Source of the DNA: a virus
Length of the DNA stretch: 64,000 nt
Virus record (IMG/VR): IMGVR_UViG_3300025812_000003
Direction: 5' to 3' (one strand)
Shown here: piece after piece, positions 7,900 through 15,289 of the stretch
Layout of the letters: each line of letters opens with the position of its first letter
How positions within the stretch are numbered: position 1 is the stretch's first letter
The notes under the pieces: generated by a model
The model's database searches: none
Told to the model about the DNA's origin: nothing
The model's input: only the letters and a program-made list of their open reading frames with translations
Translations under genes and position numbers: made by a program

Positions 7900-8208
7900 C
7901 TATGCAAAGGCTACGTCGCTTGCGTTGACGTGCCAATCGCCCTTTTTGAGCTTGCCGTCCGGGGTATTCCTGACCTGCCGGTATACCGTGGCCCCGCTTC
8001 CATCCTCGACCTTGAATTCGGAGAATACCCGGTGGCGGGCCTTTACCTCCACCAGCTTCTCCCCACCCTTGTGGCTTCTCGGGAAGACCAAGTACGTCCC
8101 GAACTTCGTTTCGACTATGCGGGGCTTCCCTTCGAACAGGATCGTCCCGGCGACCGTTTTGAGGAACTGAATGCCCTTCTTTACTTCAATGATGAATTTC
8201 GACTTCAT
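7900..8208 (-). CDS. small basic beta-rich protein, last gene of the cas operon
   Basis: GGAGG RBS, ATGA overlap with the helicase stop; no recognisable motif. Confidence 0.75.
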   Translation of the reverse strand: MKSKFIIEVKKGIQFLKTVAGTILFEGKPRIVETKFGTYLVFPRSHKGGEKLVEVKARHRVFSEFKVEDGSGATVYRQVRNTPDGKLKKGDWHVNASDVAFA

Positions 8209-11200
8209 TGGTGCCTCCTTTGAATTTTACTTCGTTTTTTACTGCCCGCTTCCAATTTCTTTCTTGCCACGATCTCCATCATTCCCGTCCCCGGCAGGGC
8301 CTGGGATTCCACGATCAGCCCGGCCTTTTCAAGCAGGGCGTCCAACCCCCTCACCCACCGCCTGCCGTGGGGCTCCCGGATCACCGCCATCCCCCCGGGG
8401 GCCAGTAGCCTCGCCATCTCCAATACCGAATTTCTCCGGTTCTTGGCGAACATGGAGAGGCAGCTCACGATCAAGTCAAACGAGCTGTCCCCGTATCCCG
8501 TGGCGTTCCTATCCCTCGCCTCCACCTCCGGGAACCTCTGGCATGCCTGCTTGGACAGGAAGGGATCGGCGAAGGAGATGCCGTCCAGTCCCAGCCTGTA
8601 GGCCTCGGCGGGGCCCGTGGTCCCGCAGCCGATGTCCAGGATGCGCCTGCCTGTGGTTGGCAGGACGTAGTTGAGGTACACGTCTCTGACGTTCCCGTTT
8701 CTCCCCTCGAATTCCTCGTTCTCCCGTTCGTAGTCAGGCAGGAATATCATTTCCTTCCCCCTTGCAAGGAAGTCTCCCTCCCTTCTGGCCAGAAGCTTGG
8801 CGGAATCGGAGTTCGAGTAGAGGTTGTGCGTCCTGTCCGTCAGGCGGTGCAGGAGGGCCCAGAATTTCTTGTCTTGGGGCTCGGCGCTTCCTGCCGGGGC
8901 ATCTTCAAGGGGAATGGACATCCCGGCCAGTTTCCTTTGGTTGTCCAGCATCTTCCTGACTTCCGCTTCCGGCACCTCCCTGCGCAGCTCTCGGGGAACG
9001 TCTGCGTTCATGACCAGGAAGTGCGTCTTCTTCCTGCCCAGCACCCTCCCGTTGCGGTTGTGGCTATACGGAATGTTGTCCGCCACGAAGTTGACTATCA
9101 GCACGCCGCCTTCCATGAACGCCGAGTCGGGGCGCACGATCCTCCGGGCGAACTGCTCCAGTTGGGCATAGTGCCAGGGCATCCCGAAGATGAACTCCAT
9201 GTCGGAAATTTTGTGGATTCCGTCTATCCCCGTCGTCATTGGGGCGCTCGCCACGATGACGCACTTCGGGTCCCTTTCCATCATGTCGAGCTGTTTGAGT
9301 TCCCCGGTATAGAGGTATGCCCTTCTTCCCAGCTTTTTCCTCGCCCATCCCGCCAGCAGCGCCACAGGACCGTCTACGAAATGGGTATAGAGGATGGGCC
9401 TCGACGCCTTCCGGAGGAGCCGCATCAGCAGTGGGCTGTCCTCTATTTCTTTGAGCGCCCCCTTGATGAGCACGCATTCCGCCTGCGGCGTCGGCTTGGT
9501 GGTCCTCGGGAGCGAGGACAGTAGGGATTCGCCCAGCAGGTAATGAGTGGTGGTGATTCTGGTCCCCACGGAGTCCGCACCATCCTCTTGCCCGTGCTGC
9601 TCGAATACCAGCGTTCCAGTGGGCTTCCAGTCGACGGCTTTCGGCGGGGGGAGGAGGGAGGGCCGGATGTAGAACCGCGATCCCCTGGACAGGGTTTCGT
9701 ACCGGAGCTTGAGGGCCGCCGAGGCATCGTCGTCCATGGATGTATACTTCTTTCCGGTGAATAGTTCCAGCATCCTATATGCCTCCCTCAGGCTTATCCT
9801 CATGAGAGTGGCGGTCATGAGATAGAACAGGCATTCGGGCGGCATGCTCTTACGCAGGAACGAGAGGTTCCTGAACCGGTTTCCTTCCTTCTTTCTCTCC
9901 GCAAGCAGGGCCTCGTCCAGGCCCTTGCTTCCCGTCCAGTTTTGGAGCTCGTCCACCACCATCATGTCCCATCCTATGGCGGCAAGCCGCTTCACCAGCC
10001 CATCCGGATTGTTCTGCACGTCATATTCGGACACGAACACGTAGTTCCTTTTCCCCTCTTCCATGCCCTCCAGATCGTCGCAGTCCGTGAACAGGAAATT
10101 GGCATCTCCCTCCCCGACGATTCTGGCGTGCGCCTCCCACTGCCTCGTCCTTTCCCTTCCCCTCTCCCTGTTCGTGAATTTGTCCAGCGTGGACTTGGTG
10201 GCCAGCACCAGGACGTTCCGGAATTCGTGTTCCATGGCCAGGGCGAACACGGTGCGGCTCTTTCCTATTCCTGGCTCCCCGAGGTTGAACAGGATGCGGT
10301 CCCGTTTCAGGGCCTCGAAGGATTTCCAGACGATGTGGGCTACCATCCAGTCCCCGTGGTATCTCCTCACGTATCTTTCGGCCCCCTCCCATTCTCTCAG
10401 AAAGCTGTCCCGGAACATTGGAACTGCTTCCTTCATCCCTTTCTTCAGGAGCTTCGTCCCCCCATGGCTCAGGGCCTTCCAGAGAAGGGAGATGTGGTCG
10501 ATCTCCGAGGCCCTGACGAATTCCTGGTTGGACCAGAACCCCTCCAGGGTTTCCGCTGCCTTCCTGAGTTCCCTCAGGCGTTCCAGGATGCACCCGTCCG
10601 TAGTGATCCCGGGGGCCTCGCAGCTCCTTGCCGTTCCCTTCCTCGGTCCCGATGGGTCGTTGACCAGCGCCGCTGCCTCCTCGGGGCTCATCGAGAGCAG
10701 GAGGTCCACGCATTCGTTCTTTCCCACCTTCCATCTCCTGCTCAGGGCCGCAAGGAACCCGTCGAGCGCCAGCAGCCTGATGAGGTCGGCCGGATTCTTT
10801 CCGTGCAACATGTGCCCCAGGGTAAGAATCTTTTCCGCCATCTCCTCCACCGACCAGCACGGCACCCCGAAAAGGTCGGTCCATCCTTCCCAGTTCGGGT
10901 ACGTTGTCGGGTCCTTGGGGGATCCTGGGGGCAGCATGCCCTTCTGCAGGAGCCATCCGTACCTCTCGGTCGGGAGTTCCGAGATTTCTTCGAGCCCCGC
11001 TGTCTGCCCGAGGCCCTTTGTCGCCTTCCTTAGCTCCTCCAGCGTGACGAGGTCCACCGACTGGAGGAGGCACCGGGAGGACAGGAAATTGGAGTCGTCG
11101 GAAAGGTAGCGATCCGTGGCGTCGGCGTCGTGCAGGCAATTCTTCTCCCCGCACGGGCACTGCACGCCGTAGAGCACCTCGACCCGCCCATCAGGAACGG

Positions 11201-11321
11201 GGATTGACCGGGGGCCGGTCGTGATGAGGAGAGTCCCCCGCCTGTCTCCCCCCTTGAAATGTCTCGGGGAGACGAACGAGTTTCCGACCAACCTTGGCAG
11301 CGGGGATATCGTCAGTCCCAT
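8205..11321 (-). CDS. SF2 helicase fused to a C-terminal class I SAM-dependent methyltransferase (CRISPR-associated)
   Basis: Walker A GEPGIGKS, Walker B MVVDELQ, motif III MTAT, motif V TTGIDG, motif VI QFARRIVR. MTase motifs ILDIGCG and DSSFDLIVSCLSM..EMARLLAPGG. N-terminal P..P..YPNWEGWTDLFG unit. Start uncertain (ATG 11321, TTG 11342 or downstream). Confidence 0.85.
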   Translation of the reverse strand: MGLTISPLPRLVGNSFVSPRHFKGGDRRGTLLITTGPRSIPVPDGRVEVLYGVQCPCGEKNCLHDADATDRYLSDDSNFLSSRCLLQSVDLVTLEELRKATKGLGQTAGLEEISELPTERYGWLLQKGMLPPGSPKDPTTYPNWEGWTDLFGVPCWSVEEMAEKILTLGHMLHGKNPADLIRLLALDGFLAALSRRWKVGKNECVDLLLSMSPEEAAALVNDPSGPRKGTARSCEAPGITTDGCILERLRELRKAAETLEGFWSNQEFVRASEIDHISLLWKALSHGGTKLLKKGMKEAVPMFRDSFLREWEGAERYVRRYHGDWMVAHIVWKSFEALKRDRILFNLGEPGIGKSRTVFALAMEHEFRNVLVLATKSTLDKFTNRERGRERTRQWEAHARIVGEGDANFLFTDCDDLEGMEEGKRNYVFVSEYDVQNNPDGLVKRLAAIGWDMMVVDELQNWTGSKGLDEALLAERKKEGNRFRNLSFLRKSMPPECLFYLMTATLMRISLREAYRMLELFTGKKYTSMDDDASAALKLRYETLSRGSRFYIRPSLLPPPKAVDWKPTGTLVFEQHGQEDGADSVGTRITTTHYLLGESLLSSLPRTTKPTPQAECVLIKGALKEIEDSPLLMRLLRKASRPILYTHFVDGPVALLAGWARKKLGRRAYLYTGELKQLDMMERDPKCVIVASAPMTTGIDGIHKISDMEFIFGMPWHYAQLEQFARRIVRPDSAFMEGGVLIVNFVADNIPYSHNRNGRVLGRKKTHFLVMNADVPRELRREVPEAEVRKMLDNQRKLAGMSIPLEDAPAGSAEPQDKKFWALLHRLTDRTHNLYSNSDSAKLLARREGDFLARGKEMIFLPDYERENEEFEGRNGNVRDVYLNYVLPTTGRRILDIGCGTTGPAEAYRLGLDGISFADPFLSKQACQRFPEVEARDRNATGYGDSSFDLIVSCLSMFAKNRRNSVLEMARLLAPGGMAVIREPHGRRWVRGLDALLEKAGLIVESQALPGTGMMEIVARKKLEAGSKKRSKIQRRHQ

Positions 11322-11368
11322 TAGTTTGTTTCGCCCATGCAACGAATCAGGCGACCCTTTGTCCGCCG

Positions 11369-13921
11369 TCAGGCGCTTGTGGCGGCGGCCAGATTCTTAG
11401 CTGCATTCTCCGTCTTCTTGAAGCGTGCGTGACAGTTGGGGCATTCGAGCCTGTTGTTCTTCGTGACGCCGAATGCGCCGAAGTAGCCGCAGGAGTTGCA
11501 CGTCTGTACGACTTCGAGCGACGCCGCTTTCGTGACTGCGACCTCCACCCCGTGATTCCGTCCGATGTTTCTGAGGATGGCGGTGAAGTCCCCCAGGGCC
11601 AGCCGCTGCCTGTATTCGTGGAACATTTCCGTCTTCTTGGACTTTTCCCGGCTTTCCCCGATCCCCTTGACGTCCATGTTCTTGATTACGACCTTCCCGT
11701 AACCATTGTCCGCCAGCGTCTGCATGATCAGCGTGCAGACCTTCTCGTACTCCTTCTCGCGGCGACCGGTAATGCGCCCGCTGATGAAGTTGAACAGCTC
11801 TCCGGCCTTGGCGTCCTCGGTCGCCCATTTCACGATTGCCGCCCTGGCCTCGGGATGCGCCGCCATGAGGATGTCGTCCTTGAGCAGGCTTTTGATGCCC
11901 GAGGAACGGCTTCTTTTGAGCCAGGGAGGAACATCGTCGCCCAGCTCCTCCATGAGGTGTTCTTTGAGGCGATCCTCGCAGAGGTCCCGCTCGGCCTGCA
12001 TCTCCTTCTTGTACTCGAACGTGTCGGTTTCCTTCTTGCCATGCTCCCGGTTCCGCCTGCCCCACCGAGTTTCGCCCAGTTCGGCCACGAAGGGCTCGGG
12101 GTCGAAGGAGAAGAGCCTGACGCCTGTTTCCTTCTCGGTCACGATGCGCATGTTTAGCATCTTCGAGGAGGCCGCGTCCAGGACGTCCATCTTGCTTTCG
12201 AAGTCAGAGGCGCTCTCGGTCCCCCCTTCCGGCAGGCCGCTGGAAGCAAGCCACTTGCCCGTCATGCCGCTCCATTCGGCAGCCGATAGGAAACTATGTC
12301 GCAGCTCGGGGCGCTCGCCGAGGACGCCCGCGACGGCGTATGCCAGCATCGGGGGCCTCGGGTTCATGTTTGCGAAGATCGCCATCGTCCTGCCTTCGGC
12401 GGGAAGGCTCAGGGTGCCGATCTGTGCCAGGTTCTCCCTGGTGCTCCATCGCAGGTCGAGGCCTGCGGTGCTCCCCTTCACGGGCGCAGGGGCGGGCAGC
12501 TCCAGCGATAGGGAGAGCGAAATCCTCCCCGTCCTTTCCTTGAAGGAAAGCCACCATTTCTTGATGTAATGGCTTCCGGCCTTCTCCCCGAGGTTCGACG
12601 TTATTAGGACCCCCACGGTAAAGGGCTTCAGGCCCTTTCCGCCGGAGAATGTCAGGGGACGTAGCTGCCGGTTTCTCCAGCGCTTTCCCCGGCCCTTGCC
12701 CGCCTCCTCGTGCCCGCTGTCCTGGGGGTCTACGGGAGGGCCCAGCGTCAGGCCTAGTACTTCCTGGCCCGCAAGGAAGCTTCGTATGGTGGTGGCCTCC
12801 GAGTTCCCTTGCTTGTTGCGGTTGGCAAGGGTGATGTTTCCGCTTTTCTCGTCCTCCTCGTAGCGCAGCTTCGGGAGCCCCTTCCATGGCTTCTCGTCGT
12901 TGGTTATGCGCTGCTTCAAGGTGCATTTGATGTTCTCGAACACGACGTCCCGCTCCGGCAGGGAGGAGAACATCTGCCGGACCCCGTCCAGGCTGGGGGC
13001 CTTGTTCGGCCGCTGCTTCCATCCTTCCTTGTCGTCGAACACCATCTCCCTGAGCGGATATTTCCCTGCGCGCACGTCCGGGTCGTTGCGCCAGCATTCG
13101 TCCCAGTGGTTGATCATGCGGAAGAGCGGGGTGAAGTCGGTGGGATATTGGGCGAGGAACTTGTCAATCTCCTCCAAGAGGCCTTCGGGCACGGGATGCT
13201 CGTGCTTCTTGTCGTGCCGCAGGTTGCTGGCAACCATCCGCAAGGAGACAGCGGACAAATCCGTCTTCGCCTTTTCGCTGAGCTCGTTCTTGTAGGAGAA
13301 CTTCCGGCCCTTGCCTTGACGCATGTTGAACTGGTCGAGGACCTCGACCACGTGAGTGGCGAATGTCCCGAGTTCCACGGCCGGGATGCTCTGCGTGCAT
13401 GCCCGAAGGGCTTCCTTGAACATGTACGCCATGTGCTGCCTTGCCTTTCTGACCCTCGTCTTGACGCCTTCTAGCCACGCTGGAATCTCACTGGTGGCTA
13501 TGCCCACATGGTGTAGGTAGATGGGCATCAGCCAACCCTTCGATATGGAGGTCGAATCTCTTTTTATCCCTGTGTTTCCGGAGATCACGAAGACGGTTTC
13601 GGGATGCTTCTTGGTCGCCACTCGCTGCTTGAAGGTCGCCAGGCGTTGGCACGCCTTTCCGTTGACCATGTAGGGCGTCTCGGAGGCATAGAGGACGATC
13701 TCGATCTGTTGCCCGGCTTCAACCATCCCGTCCATCGCCACGGGGGAGTCGAGCACGGCCCTGTTCCTCCCGCTACCGATGGACAATTTATGTGTTTTCG
13801 GGAAAAACGCAATGGTTCCCGATGAAAATTGTCTGGACTTCGACCTATCTATTCGGTCGGCATGCAGTCGGAGTTCCGTCCCGTCCCATGTCACCTTCGT
13901 CCATTCCGCCTTTTTGAGCAT
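11369..13921 (-). CDS. cas12: Type V (TnpB/Cas12-family) effector, ~850 aa, predicted nuclease-inactive RuvC
   Basis: RuvC-I AGLDLRW, bridge helix GRREKEYEKV, RuvC-II region VVIKNMD, zinc finger CNSC..CPNC, C-terminal TENAAKNL (cf. DxNAAxNI). GGGAGG RBS before ATG 13921. Co-oriented with the CRISPR array. Confidence 0.85.
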   Translation of the reverse strand: MLKKAEWTKVTWDGTELRLHADRIDRSKSRQFSSGTIAFFPKTHKLSIGSGRNRAVLDSPVAMDGMVEAGQQIEIVLYASETPYMVNGKACQRLATFKQRVATKKHPETVFVISGNTGIKRDSTSISKGWLMPIYLHHVGIATSEIPAWLEGVKTRVRKARQHMAYMFKEALRACTQSIPAVELGTFATHVVEVLDQFNMRQGKGRKFSYKNELSEKAKTDLSAVSLRMVASNLRHDKKHEHPVPEGLLEEIDKFLAQYPTDFTPLFRMINHWDECWRNDPDVRAGKYPLREMVFDDKEGWKQRPNKAPSLDGVRQMFSSLPERDVVFENIKCTLKQRITNDEKPWKGLPKLRYEEDEKSGNITLANRNKQGNSEATTIRSFLAGQEVLGLTLGPPVDPQDSGHEEAGKGRGKRWRNRQLRPLTFSGGKGLKPFTVGVLITSNLGEKAGSHYIKKWWLSFKERTGRISLSLSLELPAPAPVKGSTAGLDLRWSTRENLAQIGTLSLPAEGRTMAIFANMNPRPPMLAYAVAGVLGERPELRHSFLSAAEWSGMTGKWLASSGLPEGGTESASDFESKMDVLDAASSKMLNMRIVTEKETGVRLFSFDPEPFVAELGETRWGRRNREHGKKETDTFEYKKEMQAERDLCEDRLKEHLMEELGDDVPPWLKRSRSSGIKSLLKDDILMAAHPEARAAIVKWATEDAKAGELFNFISGRITGRREKEYEKVCTLIMQTLADNGYGKVVIKNMDVKGIGESREKSKKTEMFHEYRQRLALGDFTAILRNIGRNHGVEVAVTKAASLEVVQTCNSCGYFGAFGVTKNNRLECPNCHARFKKTENAAKNLAAATSA

Positions 13922-14018
13922 ATGTATCCTCCCGTCCTTACTATACACCGTTGGACGAGCAATTTTCGGGAATTTTTCAAGTTTTTCGGTATACTATCAT
14001 CTGGGGTAGGGAGGCGGC
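13922..14018. promoter_or_regulatory. Divergent AT-rich promoter region
   Basis: TATAGT on minus (13940-13945) toward cas12 and GGTATACT on plus (13988-13995) toward 14019; both genes have a GGAGG RBS. Confidence 0.55.
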
Positions 14019-14369
14019 ATGCCAATCAAGCCGAGGACTTGCAGGAAATGCACGAAGAACTTCGTACTGATGCCCGGGAAGCCCGGCAACGCCAACGACT
14101 GCCCATCGTGCTCCGGGGAGGACGTCCCCCTGGTGATGGCGAAGGTGAGCTGGGAGGGCAAGCACTGCATGATCCTGGAGATCACCGCCGACAGGGCGGA
14201 GGCGGAGCGGTTCAACCGTGCCCAGGCCAGGGGCGGCATGGGCCCGCTGTCGGCGATGTGCGGGAGCGGCGAGGACAAGGACGGCCAGGAGGCGTCGAAG
14301 CAGAGGACGGGGGCGGGGGTCGGGGACCTCTACCGGTCGAGGCTCAACGAAAAAAGAAGGGTCAAATAG
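14019..14369 (+). CDS. small zinc-ribbon protein
   Basis: CRKC..CPSC; GGGAGG RBS. Confidence 0.7.
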   Translation: MPIKPRTCRKCTKNFVLMPGKPGNANDCPSCSGEDVPLVMAKVSWEGKHCMILEITADRAEAERFNRAQARGGMGPLSAMCGSGEDKDGQEASKQRTGAGVGDLYRSRLNEKRRVK

Positions 14370-14402
14370 GCGAGGGTCGACTTCCGGAACAGTTTCAGAA
14401 GT

Positions 14403-14666
14403 TCAAATCAAGGAACGGATGCTGACCGCCCCGTAGGACGCCGACGTGGGGATGGCGGTCGCCGCCCGTGCGGCGGCATGGCGGACGAGGACGGGCCTAT
14501 GGGCGTCCGGGGAGGGCTCCCAGGCCGCCTCCTTGTCGTCCTCGGGCGCGTCCCGGAGCCAGTCGAGTAGGTCACCCTCCTCCTCCCGGTCCACGAGCGT
14601 GCGCTCGTCGAGGCCGTAGTCGTCCGCCAGCCCCGCCATGAACTCCTTCCACGGGAGGAAGGACAC
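14403..14666 (-). CDS. hypothetical acidic protein
   Basis: Coding-like GC3 bias; end of the minus-strand operon; start uncertain. Confidence 0.5.
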   Translation of the reverse strand: MSFLPWKEFMAGLADDYGLDERTLVDREEEGDLLDWLRDAPEDDKEAAWEPSPDAHRPVLVRHAAARAATAIPTSASYGAVSIRSLI

Positions 14667-14682
14667 CGCCTGCCCCGCCCTT

Positions 14683-15288
14683 TTAAGCTGTGGTCGCATT
14701 GAAAACCCTCACTGCTTTGTGCTCTCTCATGGTTCGGATGCACTTTCCGATTTCGACCCATTCGTCGTAAGAAAACAGGTTGGACTTTCCTCGATTACAG
14801 CGAGTACAACAGACAACCACATTGTCCTTGGTATAGCCTTTCAGGTTGTCTTTGCGATCAAGGTAGTAGGCTTGTCGATGTCCTGGGGATCTCAAATGGA
14901 TGTTGTGCTTAGTCCATATGATGGGCACATCGCAATAATGACACTTGTTTATCCTTGTGAACTCCAGAAAATCTTCGTAGGTTATGTCAGTTCCCTTTCC
15001 CGGAACCTTGCAGACATAGAGAAAGCTGCTGTAAAGGGACTCATATGGGCGTTTTCGTGTCAGTTTCGACACATTCTCCCTTCTATAGCATCCGCAACTG
15101 ATGGTATTTCTCCTGTGGTTTCCGTGAAGATTGCCAATGGGTACGGTCACTACATTCCCGCAATCGCATAGGCATTCCCAAGTTACGGGCTTGTAGGAAA
15201 CCACCTTTACGGGCCGCAACCTCCCGATCCTTTCCTTTGATAGATCAAGGATGGTTTTACGACCCTTCAAGTCCTTTAGTTTCTCCAT
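14683..15288 (-). CDS. free-standing HNH homing endonuclease
   Basis: WECLCDCGN..SCGC N-terminus, CHYC, LDRKDNLKGYTKDNVVVCCTRCNRGK; low GC. Confidence 0.88.
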   Translation of the reverse strand: MEKLKDLKGRKTILDLSKERIGRLRPVKVVSYKPVTWECLCDCGNVVTVPIGNLHGNHRRNTISCGCYRRENVSKLTRKRPYESLYSSFLYVCKVPGKGTDITYEDFLEFTRINKCHYCDVPIIWTKHNIHLRSPGHRQAYYLDRKDNLKGYTKDNVVVCCTRCNRGKSNLFSYDEWVEIGKCIRTMREHKAVRVFNATTA

Positions 15289-15289
15289 T

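Noticed and set aside
11369-13948. IS200/IS605 TnpB transposon or Cas12k CAST
   Set aside because: About twice typical TnpB length, linked to a CRISPR array, and no tnpA or tnsB/tnsC/tniQ in the window.
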